A program made the position numbers and the translations under genes. A stretch of DNA of 64,000 bases from Balanoglossus misakiensis (Eukaryota; Animalia; Hemichordata), in contig CM082590.2 in assembly GCA_040954595.2 (NCBI GenBank), positions 11,062,088-11,126,087 on the forward strand, read 5' to 3'. Shown here in pieces: positions 24,801-36,627 of the stretch. Position 1 is the first letter of the stretch. The number at the start of each line of letters is the position of its first letter. Under the pieces are notes generated by a model. It was not told where the DNA came from, made no database searches, and was given only the letters and a program-made list of their open reading frames with translations.

Positions 24801-27730
24801 CCTGAAACAGGGACATGTATTTGTCCTCCGGGGTTCACAGGATTGCAATGCAGTGAGCCTTGTCCTAGTGGCAGATATGGCATTGACTGCAGTGGAATTT
24901 GCCAGTGTCAGAATGGAGCACAGTGCAACATAGAAGACGGTTCCTGTGACTGTACTGCGGGTTGGAGGGGTCGATATTGCGATGCACATTGCCCTGATGG
25001 GTTTTGGGGTGCAGGATGTACAAATTTGTGCGACTGCCAATATGGAGTGCTTTGTGACACAGTGAGTGGTATGTGTGAATGCTCATGCCAAAATGGCGGA
25101 TTCTGTAACACAGATGGAAGTTGTGTGTGCACACCGGGTTGGAGGGGTCCATACTGTGATATACCTTGTCCTGAAGGTTACTGGGGACATGGGTGTGCCA
25201 ATTTATGCGCATGTTCCTCAGACAGAATTTGTGACATGGTAACCGGCAGTTGTGTGTGTCCTTGTCAAAATGGCGGAGTGTGCGATGCAGACGGAACTTG
25301 TGAGTGTACATCAGGATGGAGAGGTCGACACTGTGATGCACCATGTCCTGATGGATTCTGGGGACCTGGATGTACATATAAGTGCAACTGCCCTGATTTT
25401 ATGACATGCAATGCTGTTTCTGGAAGATGCATCTGTCCAATAGGAACGAGTGGACGAGACTGCCAACCTTGCCACCAGGGGCGTTATGGGCCAGACTGCC
25501 AATACAGCTGCCAGTGTCAAAACAATGCCTTCTGCAATCCCGTTGATGGTTTTTGTGAGTGCACTCCAGGGTGGGGAGGTCAATACTGTGATGAGGTTTG
25601 CCCTGATGGATTATGGGGAGCTGGGTGTGCAAGTGTGTGCACATGCGATGATGGCGGATCATGTGACGTTGTAACTGGAATATGTGGTTGCCCGTGCCAA
25701 AATGGCGGAATTTGCGATTTGGATGGTATCTGTGAGTGTACAGCTGGCTGGAGAGGCCAATATTGTGATTCTCCCTGTCCTGTGGGGTTCTGGGGACCTG
25801 GCTGTATTAATCATTGCACGTGTGGAACACAAGAGTCTTGTAATGCGGTTACTGGTAGCTGTGATTGTCCCTGTCTGAATGGTGGTGTTTGCAGTGCAGA
25901 TGGTTCATGTGCGTGTACCGGTGGTTGGAGGGGTCGATATTGTGATTCGCCTTGTCCTGAGGGATTTTGGGGACCAGGATGTACAAATATATGCACATGT
26001 ACTGCAGCAGAGAGTTGTGATATAGTGACTGGCAGATGTGAGTGTCTTTGTGAACATGGTGGTTGCAATGCGCTTGGATCATGTACGTGCACAGCAGGGT
26101 GGATGGGCCAATATTGTGATAAACCTTGTCCAGAATGGCTTTGGGGCTCAGGGTGTATACATCACTGCAATTGCGAAGGCAGTGATTCCTGTGATAAGGT
26201 TACTGGGGAGTGTGTTGATGTCACGTGCCAAGATGACTGGTATGGACCAAACTGCGAATACAAATGTTTATGCAGGAACAATGCTGTCTGCAGTCCTGTT
26301 GATGGTACTTGTGCATGTCTTGCTGGATGGAGCGGTCGTTACTGCGATCAAGTCTGTGCGTATGGTTATTGGGGAGCCGGTTGTGTGAATCTGTGTTCTT
26401 GCTATGGTGGGGAAAGGTGCGATGTTATCACAGGAAGGTGTGAATGTCTCTGTGAAAATGGAGGACTTTGTTATACAGATGGTTCTTGTGAGTGTACACC
26501 AGGATGGACTGGACGATACTGTGATGAAGTGTGCCCTCAAGGAGTCTGGGGCATTGAGTGCACAGAATCCTGCAACTGCAGAAATCAAGGACCCTGCTCG
26601 CCACAGACAGGTGAATGCATATGTCCAGCTGGATTCACGGGGACACAATGTGAGGTACCATGTCCAAACAACAAGTATGGCGAGAACTGCATACATGATT
26701 GTCTGTGTGGTCGTGGTGAGGTGTGTGATGCAGTCACTGGGAGATGCAGTTGCCAATCTGGATACCAAGGGCCGAAATGTCAAACACGAAGTAAGTTTTT
26801 TTTCGGTTGTTACTGATTTCAACACGTTCTGCAGTAGTAGTAATGATATGAGACTTGGAAAACGAAACGATGTAATTTCGCATGTACATTAACAATGCTT
26901 CGTGTGGTTTCTATAATAGGATGTACTATTTTCCTTTTAGGTTTCAGCGGGCCTTTTCCTTTCCAAGAAGAACAATACGTCTTGGGAAACATTGTCAGAT
27001 GCTCGTCAGTTTCGAAGTTATCAGCCGGAAACACCATTATTTATGAGTGTCTGAATTTAAGGTAAGTCAACAAATCGAGGGCTTTGAGCAGTCAACAACC
27101 AACGCAAATGTCAAGGACAAAAAGTTATGAAGGCATTTTCGTCAATGAATATTTATGGGAATTGCTGGTGGTTCACGATGAATTACTTTTCAACACAAGA
27201 TTATCTGTCTTAATGGGCGCACCTGTTGAACAGATGTTAATACTATTACTCAAATCAGCACCATCTCAAACATTGGGATATCTCTTCTATTCATAGGGTT
27301 GACAATGGCACTCATGTGTTGAGTTTCCCGAACGGAGTCACGTGTAGGAACCGTTGGTATGATCGAGTGCCTTCCATTAACGATGAAGATATCAACTATC
27401 GCACAGACACCAAGGACTTCTGTCGTGAGGTGTTGCAGATGCCAAGACACCTGTACCGTCGGAGGTCATTCAAGGTCAGTCGATAAAAGACAGAAATGAT
27501 GATTGTAGAGTGTCGAGTGTCTATATCACCTAAAATGATATGCCACGGTATTGATACTGAAAACTTTCTTTTTTTTTCAATTCCAGGCACATGCATGGTA
27601 CAAATGCACAGACCAGCGAGAAGAACGGATCCAATGGTTAAACATGGCTTGGCAAACAGGCACCGCGTACGATTCAGGGTACATCGAACACCTACGATGC
27701 ATCCTACCTGATACGAATGCCATTAACTGA
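18847..27730 (+). CDS. Secreted EMI + NIM + ~50 EGF(CED-1 type)-repeat protein, Draper/CED-1/MEGF-related, ~2463 aa, 10 exons
   Basis: Kozak ACCACCATG and signal peptide MLWCSTVVALFAILLSFSSA. Exons 18847-18950, 19139-19237, 19412-19512 (EMI-like, QCCHGY), 19746-19841 (NIM-like [27 protein letters not shown]), 20010-22005, 22135-22421, 22525-26790, 26941-27061, 27297-27474 and 27587-27730 are all phase-consistent (7392 nt). The repeat unit is ~43 aa: CPxGxYGxxCxxxCxCxNGAxCxxxDGxCxCxxGWxG. Confidence 0.88.
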
Positions 27731-28842
27731 TTCATCATTCAGTTCTACACGTTTAAATTGGTTTTGCATGAAATTACCACTTTTCTTGTGAAGACAAGAT
27801 ATTGATTGCTTGACTTATAATCCTGAGATGACTTTGTCAGATCAAAAGCTTATAATTTGCTCTGTATATTCATTACAGATACATATACCATTTTGTCAAC
27901 CTGTGATGTCCCCTTTTAATTATGAGCATGAACGGTTGACTCTTTTCTGCTAATTTTATACTTCACGTTGTTTATAGAAATGTATCATTAGAAATAAACT
28001 TCACTCTGTGGTATACAGAAGGCAGTGTAGTTTCTGAGCAATATGCATAGTATTTTCTGAGATAAAGGGATGGTCGACACTGGACTGTCACACAGACCCC
28101 CCCCCCCCCCTTACATCAGCCACGTCATTGTGTTGATGTGCGCCCTCAACGTGTCGGTAGAGCTGCTTGGATAAGTCATCATGGCGTCTCCCGGTGAGTT
28201 GCAGAATTCCTGACCAGTGCATCAAAGGAAGAGCTGTGAAAGGATGTATGTAAGACGGACTGACAGTGTTAGTTGTATGTGAACGTAGGCTTGACTCAGA
28301 ACGCTAGCCCAGAGTGAAACGTCCCACGTTGGAGAGATTTGCGTTGGACAATGGCTGCCATCATGCATTCAAGCCACGCCCACGACATAGGTGAGTACTG
28401 CATATTCATATTCTGGCAGTTGGAGCGATGACGTTATCTGTAACGCACTTTGTCCAGGCGTCTAGCGTACACCATAATATATAGCGTCTGTCTCCGACAC
28501 TACTGTGAGTCAGAGTGAACTACATTGTACTGTGACTAGGTTAAAAACCCTCAAAGTGCTAAAATATATTTACACAGCGCAGATTGAATCGAAAATTGGA
28601 TATTCTAGCTTAGGGGTGCAGTTATATAACCTGTCTACACAAAGCCAGCTGCGTACTTTAAAGTTAATTTTAATTGAAGTAAGAAGTAAGAGGGAGAAAA
28701 TTGTCAATGGAATGCACTCATTCATGTGTAGACAGTCATTTTGTTTAACTTGGATTTGTTCGTAGAGACAATATTTGTTTGGACTTGTTTGTAAAGTGAT
28801 ATCTTTGTCTCTTGCGTTTGCTCGTACGGCGCGTGGGCGTTA

Positions 28843-28955
28843 TGAGAGGGAGAGAGAAAAGGAGAGAGAGAGGGAAAGAGGGAGAAATAGGGGAGAAAGA
28901 CTCGGAAAGAGAGCGATGGAGAGAGGGAGGGGGAGAAACACACACACAGAGAGAA
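28843..28955. repeat. AG-rich low-complexity tract
   Basis: Direct reading. Confidence 0.8.
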
Positions 28956-30201
28956 CACAATCGTCTGAGGAAGACTCTTAATGGGGAATAATTATATCCC
29001 CTTAAATTTGCCTATTCATACAGAGACCCGCAGTGACAGACACAGACCCACGGGATCTAGAGTGAAAAATACGATTCGACGCGATGTACTCAAATACTCA
29101 TGTATCTTTAATACGTTTAGGGTTTTAAAAATGCAGTACTTTTAGAATAAATAACATAAAATCTTAGCATGCATAAAATATTTAAACATCTCCGTAGAAA
29201 CTAGACATATGGCAGTTTTCAGTGAATGCATCTATCTTATCAATTAATGCCAAAAAAGTCAACATATGACAATAATAGTACTAATATTTTTTTATAATCG
29301 ATATCGCCACAGGAATCTCTGCAGACGAGAAACTTCTTTGTTTTCAAAGTATAGACAATTTTCTGACGTAAGTCGCCCGTTATCTCATATAAAAAATCAT
29401 CAACTAAAGTTTCAAAAGCTTATATGATTTCGTGTTGGCGTTGTATGCCCTAGCTTAACACACAGGCATGTGTTCTGAGTTTCAAGTACAAAATCAATTA
29501 TGCCATTGAAAAACCCAACCACGTTCTTCAAAAATCAACCAATGAATCAATTAACTACTAGTTAATTAGATTTTGGCAGTCAGCATATTTTGAATGCAGT
29601 TAGTTCATCCTACCAGAATGGTTTAAATTAAACGTCCTTGGCAAATACATATACTGTCCTGAACTGGTCCAAGTGGACGCCATAAATATTTTCTGTACTC
29701 AGAGCTGGTCTGTGACAGTGTTTACGCTTTGCCTGAATTCCCATAGGGCGTATGCTGAGAATGTTCACTATGTTTGTAAACTTGATGTCTTTGCCATTCC
29801 TGCAAATAGTTTCTCAGCTCCACTGTGGTCCGATTTTCCACAGATTTATGTCAATCGCTTTCACTGTCCTAGTTCCGTCGTTGTACAACAGCACAGCCAG
29901 CGACAGAAATGGAAAAGACAGGCTGCAGATTGTGTCCCCTTTGCTCCAAAACACGACTGGATACTAGGATAAATCTTGTGCTGTATCTGGGGGACAATAA
30001 TTGCTGGTTACCACACGATATCACATGACTATCGTCGGTATATTGTTGTTTTTCTGTTTGTACATTGGCATTTCGACCTCTAAGCTCCCCTCACGTCCGA
30101 TATAATCTGACGAGGGTCAGACAGAGAAACCGCAATGCACTTGCGGACAAAAAGGGCCATGGTCTGTCAGACCAAAGATCTCCGTTTTTGTCTCTTCGTG
30201 T

Positions 30202-31542
30202 TTACACCAGCGTCTCTCGACTGGCAACACGTCGGGTCATGTTCGATTCTGGTTCCTCGTCAACAGCGGAACCCGAGCTGAATTGAGCCGTGTCAACTGC
30301 CGGGTTAATCCCTGCCCTGGTCATGTCGTTTGGTATCGGCTCGCTCACATCTTCACCACGTAATGTAGTGCCTCGCTGAGCGGTTGGGACAGAGTTGCTC
30401 ATTTCGAAGCCGTTTTCTGAAGTAGCAAGAGTTGGTGAACTGCACTCCCGTGACAGATTTTTTAAGCCTCTCTCTTCGAAACCACTTTGTGTATGATTAA
30501 TTTGTTTCGGTTCATTGACTTTGTATTCCCCTCGTTGTCTTCTGGCGCGGATGAAACACAAAATCGACTTCAACTGTGACCTGAACGACTTGGAATAGTA
30601 ACTATAGATGTAAGGATCCAAAGCGCTCCCGAGAAACACCAACCAGAGCGTCAGCAAATACGCGAAGAAGACATTGTCCGTTGCCATGGTCCCACCAAAC
30701 GCGGCGACGATGCAGAAGATCACGTACGGTAACCAGGAGACGATGAAGACGATGAGAACACAGAGCATCATCCGGGAGATTTTCTTCCTCTCGTCCATCA
30801 CTTTGTCGGCGTCGTTACTGGTCGGTGGTTGTCGACGAAGATGGAGGAAGATTTTGACGTACGCGTATGTGACAAACGCTGAAGGAACAGCCAGGAATAC
30901 AGCAAACACGTAGAAATAGTACACGGCCGCGGCGGGAGCTCGGCTGTTGACGTACATACAAACTTGTCGAACATCGATATACTCTCCTGACCCTGACGGC
31001 GGTTCCGCTCCGTAATCAAACGGCACCATCACCAGCGACACCTTGGACGTCGTCATGGTTGCCATGGGAACGAAAGAAAGAGCCGAAAGCAGCCAGGCTA
31101 GTAGTACAACCACCCTCGCCCGTTCCACGGTGCATGTTTCCGAGTAACTTAACGGCTTACAGACAGCTATGTATCGATCAACGCTGATGGCCAGCATGGT
31201 CAGAAGTGCGCATGCACCAACAACTGATGTGATGTACGTGGTGAAACTGCAGAAGATTGTAATAAAGTTACTTGATTCTTCGCTGCCGACAGATACGTTC
31301 AAAATAATTAACTTTGCTGGAGCGTCTATGAGCAACAAGTACAGATCGCAGATCGCTAGGTTTGTGATAAAAATATTGGACGTGGTTCCAAAGCCTTTTC
31401 CGCGACAGATGGCCACGAGAACGACGATATTTCCGAACGAACCGACAACGATTACCGCTAGATACATTAAGACGATCACCACACGAACGCCGATGTACTC
31501 CGTAGGGTCGTGAACTGTACCGTCAATGCTGAACTCGCTCAT
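30202..31542 (-). CDS. Class-A (rhodopsin-family) orphan/peptide-type GPCR, intronless CDS
   Basis: GSFGN (TM1), NLAICDL (TM2), SVDRYIAVCKPL, SWLP (TM6), DPYIY (TM7); first ATG at 31542. Confidence 0.93.
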   Translation of the reverse strand: MSEFSIDGTVHDPTEYIGVRVVIVLMYLAVIVVGSFGNIVVLVAICRGKGFGTTSNIFITNLAICDLYLLLIDAPAKLIILNVSVGSEESSNFITIFCSFTTYITSVVGACALLTMLAISVDRYIAVCKPLSYSETCTVERARVVVLLAWLLSALSFVPMATMTTSKVSLVMVPFDYGAEPPSGSGEYIDVRQVCMYVNSRAPAAAVYYFYVFAVFLAVPSAFVTYAYVKIFLHLRRQPPTSNDADKVMDERKKISRMMLCVLIVFIVSWLPYVIFCIVAAFGGTMATDNVFFAYLLTLWLVFLGSALDPYIYSYYSKSFRSQLKSILCFIRARRQRGEYKVNEPKQINHTQSGFEERGLKNLSRECSSPTLATSENGFEMSNSVPTAQRGTTLRGEDVSEPIPNDMTRAGINPAVDTAQFSSGSAVDEEPESNMTRRVASRETLV

Positions 31543-34006
31543 CTTGAGGGATCCTAGCCGAGTTATCAAATACACTGTTTAAATTAAAGTTGTTCTGTCA
31601 ACATGACAAAGGGCAAATCGTAAGGTCGACCTCTGTCATGGATGAGCTTGAAATGATGTCACCACTGAGAGACCACGGTTAAGAATTAACTTATAACTAT
31701 AAACAGGTAACAGGCATTTGTTTGTAGGTACGCGTTGAATATAACTTCAATCACGATATCCAAACAACCAACGTAACTAACCCAGTATAACAAGGATTTA
31801 ACCACGCGCCATGTTCCGGGTTCCTTTGGTGATCGATGACCGAATTATAAAGTGGCTTCGTCACACAAAAGCTTTTCGAGGTCAACTACGAAAGCAGATA
31901 TTTCACGTTCTTTTCCCCCAACTGAACGGCAATCCGGCAAGACGAACTTAACTGTCCGCTACCAGGAATCTCACGCACTGTAAAAACGAATCGTCATTCA
32001 CCGCGCCGGGGATTTTAACGTCCACCATCGGAAACACGACACCAACTCCGCCGTCGAGTCGCACAACTAATCCCGTCAACCCCGCTTTCCCGTCACACAT
32101 CAGCGAGGACATAGGGAGTGTCTTTATCATGCAAATCACCCCCAGCAAAATATGAAAGCCGGGTTTGGTCGCATCACTGTTTACACGGGGTAAACGGAAC
32201 TGTTATTTATTGCATCGGCTGTCCAATATTTCCTGTTTCCGTGACGTCTTGAATCACTACTGCACCTACAGAACGGCGTTCCGTACCGTGGCCCCCTCCA
32301 TTAATTCTGTCAGGGGTGGTCACGGGACAAAGCATCCATATGTCTTAACATAGAGATAAGAAAAATGGTATGCTCTTACCACAAGGGAAAATAGTGTGAT
32401 CCATCGATCCAGCCAAAATTGTGAGAAATATTTTGAGAAGTGAAAATGTGGTGAAGTTCCCAACGTGTTCCGACCACTCAGTCGCCGGGTCTATTGCTCT
32501 GCATGCTATGAATTAGTTAGAAAGAATGTATATATCAAACATGATATTAATATTTTATAATTTATGATCAGCAATTGTACAGTCCTGACGTCAAGGACTA
32601 TTTATATCGTCAGCATTTCATATCAGAAGCACACCGAAATGTGAGTACTCCTTCGGCTGAAACTTCTCACGGGACACGAAGTGTACAGCAAGCCCAGCAT
32701 ATTTTGGTCCCGTTTGTTTTTACATTCATACATTCCGTACTCGCAAGTATACGCTCCTCTGCCATCTCTCCCTCCCTCGACTCCCCATCTCCCCCCTCCC
32801 TCTCTCTCTCTCTCAAGTTAACTTACCCCACAAACATCGACATGAACTTCTGCGTGCACGACAGATCAGCGCCATCCAGTGTAGAGAAAACATCACCTTT
32901 TGTTATATCTCAGTGATAGCGGTTTGTTGAATGACTTTTCTTTCCCATGCCGAGAATGTGATCATCAGACAAACTTGAGACACATGTGTAAACATGTATA
33001 AGTTTACCAATCTAATTAGAAGTCCTTAGCAACAAATTCTGTCGCTGATTATGAAGGCCCAGGTGAACAATTATTTTTAGTTACACAAAAGCTATTATTT
33101 AAACATAAACCATAGGTGAGGATTTTCACACGTTGATGACACATTTGAGTTGACAGGTCATGATCACCTCATATCAAAATGGTGTGCAGTATGGGCATTC
33201 AATACCAGGTTACGTAACATAATGTAATGTTGACATTTCTAGTTGTGGCACAAGATAAAAAGTTAATCTGTTTACAACTTAATCGATTGGGCTGACGCGT
33301 TAATTGGATCAAACCGTTACGTCCACTGGCACCGTTATGCACACAACTCAATCCATGGATTGCTGGCGTCCCTTCGGTCCCTTTCGTGTTTGCTTCCCGG
33401 ATTTTCTGTGGGCACAGGCCCCTCGAAAATCTGATCAGGCCAGTGCGGTGAACTGGTTCTAGGCTCCTAGGGTCAGTAGACCCTTGTGAATGAATTCGGC
33501 CATTGAGCTACATATCTTGTAATAAATTAGAGCGCAGCTGTTATATTCAAATCCAGTGTTGCTTTTCAAGTAAAAGCATGAATATAATGCATTCCTATTG
33601 TGCTCACTTCTTCAATATAGTCTTCGACAAAGAACAATTAATTATAACCGAGTACATGTATACCAAACTTCTCCGTGTGGTGATTCAGTAAAGTGGAAAC
33701 CTTGACGAGTCTGTAACCCCGAGTGACTTGGCCAATTTTATGACCCTTTTACGTCGCGCTGTCGCGATATTGAGTTAACGTCACATTTGTCGTAAATCAC
33801 AGCCTCCTCAGTTCGAACATGCTTATCGTTGAAGTAAAATACTGACACGAGCGATGCTGATGTAGGAGTTGCATTCTGAATTGAATCACGATTCGAAAAA
33901 GGCATGACCTTGACTTGTTTTAGCGATTGAAAATGACCTTTGTTCCGCCATAAGAAAGCTGCTATGAATGATGGACCTTGACAGCTAAGAATGATGCGTG
34001 CGTGTG

Positions 34007-34135
34007 AGGAGAGAGGGGAGGAGGAGAGAGAGGGAGGGAGGGGATGGGAGAGAGAGAGATAGAGAGAGAGGAGAGGGATAGATGGGGTGAGGGAGAGAGA
34101 GGGGGAGAGAGAGACGCAGAGATAGACAGAGAGGA
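34007..34135. repeat. AG/GGGA-rich low-complexity tract
   Basis: Direct reading. Confidence 0.8.
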
Positions 34136-36627
34136 TGTCTTCATCATGATCTCCGCGACTGTCTAGAATCTCAGGAGGCCCAGGCCACGCGCGGGGAAGT
34201 CGCAAGTCGAGTTGACGCTTGACACTTAATTAAACGAGAACATCTCTCAAAGACAGATGTATATACAGCGTTATACGGACAGCTGTTCGGTGTATGACTT
34301 CACAACTGGAGCATCTTTGACCAAAGGGTCGATAAATCACCGCGGGCTAACATGCGTGGCTACTGTGCAAGGAAAATAAATATAGCATCGTAAAACGAGC
34401 CATAAAACGTGTACAACTTAATACCATTACATATAATCTGGAATCATGGTTAGCCAATACTGAGGAACAGCAGACATCCTAGGGCCACAAGAAAGACGTA
34501 ATCGTGTATGCATTCCAAAAGGTCGTGTCCGTAAATTCAGTTGATATATATATTTTGCAGAAGTGTATGTTTTACGAGTAATAATCACAATCTTAATTTC
34601 CCTCATTACAACTTGGATGTAAGGTCTTTGACTTGTTCCCTAGGCCTGTACATGAGTAAATAGCTCTTCTTCTATAATATAATCTAACGTGTAGTATTAT
34701 TTTTTCTCTTGCCAGTTCTAATTTTTTCTCAAGGCATTGCAGACTTTTTTTCCGCACGTACACTCTGCCAGCAATTTTTTTCCACCCCCATCCCAAAAAA
34801 TCAAATGTTCTCCCCTAAGCCGCTGTGACACTGATCAATTACAACGCATCTCGTGTGTTTCACGAGATTTACGGTGCGACTTAATTATAAAATATTGTAA
34901 TTGGGGTCTCGCGAGAAATCTGCAAATTATTAGAAGCCTAAGTAGGCCCAGTGCTGCACAGTAGCTCCTGTATGTCAACGTTGATTGATTGCTGATCAGG
35001 TATGTTCAATCGATACCTGTAGCGCTGGACATTACAGATTCATCCCGATGGCCACAATCAGCCATTTCCGATGCAATTGATGTCAGAGAGTAATCTATCT
35101 GGGAACTCTTCGCGAGACTACACTGAAGCTTTAGAATTAAGAAATAGAGCCGTTGAAATTGCCTGTTCACGCCTCTCGGACAGTCAAGCGGGTAGTGGTT
35201 GCCTTGCTGAAAGTTTGAACCGTCACCTTTGAATTTAATGTTAGTCCAGATTAGTGACCACAACGTAGAGATGCGGATGCGTTTATTTTTCCGAAACCTG
35301 AAGCTCCTTTCAACTGAAGTGTTGTCCAATCATCACATTTGCGCAGTTGACATTATCGATTTGTGAACTGAAAAGTGTGAAGCGTGAAATTCTCTGTTAA
35401 TGGAAATCACTATAAACATCTTGACAAATGACGCACCAATCAATTATGTAAATCAGCTCTTAATGACGCCATTTATCAAAGGAGGTGTAATTAATAACTA
35501 TTTGGTTGGATTTAGGCCCGTTATTTATTATTTTACTTTGATGATATATCGATTGCAATGTCATTAATTTCTCTTGGACAATCAATTCTAGGAATAGCTG
35601 AAGACACTGATAAAGTATTTGCATATTTAGATAATATGTCTTGGTCACACTGTCATTATCAGAACATTTCCTTTCTAATTGGTCAACAGAAATTCATATC
35701 CTAACGTCGTCTTTTGAAATTGGTAATTTGTCGCTCAGACTTGATATAGCCATAACTCAGTTGTACAGTATACGCCTTGATATAAACGCGTGTTCATTAA
35801 TTTGGGCCTCTTTGAGGTCACTCTTATGCAAATAAACACCAGATAACTTCAACTCATGTATTTGAAATTGCAGAGGTGAATATTTAATCAACCGAATCGC
35901 ATAGCCATAGGATACCCTCAATCAATGCACATGTTAAAATAAATCTTTCAACAAAAATGTCTTACAAATGAATGCCATGTGTGAATAAAATATTTGTCAC
36001 AGCAAAGACAATTATTAGAAGTATTTTTCGATAAGCATCACTCAAAATTACTTCCATAGCACTTGAAAAAATGTGTTCCCCACATGGATTCAGGAATTTG
36101 ATAATGAAGTAGATATTTTTTTGTTTCTCTCTACGTCAGAACATTTTAGGTTTGGGTGGGATCGAGGCAGATTTGATGGATTGGCCTTTTGACAGAAAAT
36201 ACCACATTTTGGCCAATAATTTTAAACATTACTTATTTATTTCGCCCTTTGCGTATTGAGGACAAATCTTGTAGCCTACACAAGGTCAAACTTGTTATAG
36301 CAAGTTAATAGATGAACCAGAAACTGTAATCTATTTCGAACATACATATATCTGGAACAATAAATATGCAATTAACACTCACGAAATGACATGTACAAGG
36401 TAATTGAGTTGCCCCAGAAACTAACATGTGCAGCGTTACCGGGTTGTTTGGCAAACACCGTCATTGCGTTGCATGAATGCATGAATACAGGCATAGGGGA
36501 CACCCGACATGCTGTAGGCTATACACATCCGTAATTTGAACAGAATAACACAGAATTCCACAGAGTTATGTAACTTGCCAATATATTCCAGCGGACTATT
36601 TTGTTTGACCGGCCAGGTGGCAACAAT

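Noticed and set aside
20006-26892. Many overlapping and antisense ORFs (Thr/His/Val-rich)
   Set aside because: Shadow frames of the Cys-rich EGF repeat coding sequence.
28161-28400. Possible mini-gene (ATG...GTGAGT donors)
   Set aside because: No downstream plus-strand coding exons were found to splice to.
34690-34820. Possible MITE terminus (...AATCAAATGTTCTCCCCTAA)
   Set aside because: Resembles invertebrate MITE ends, but no matching opposite terminus or TSD is visible.
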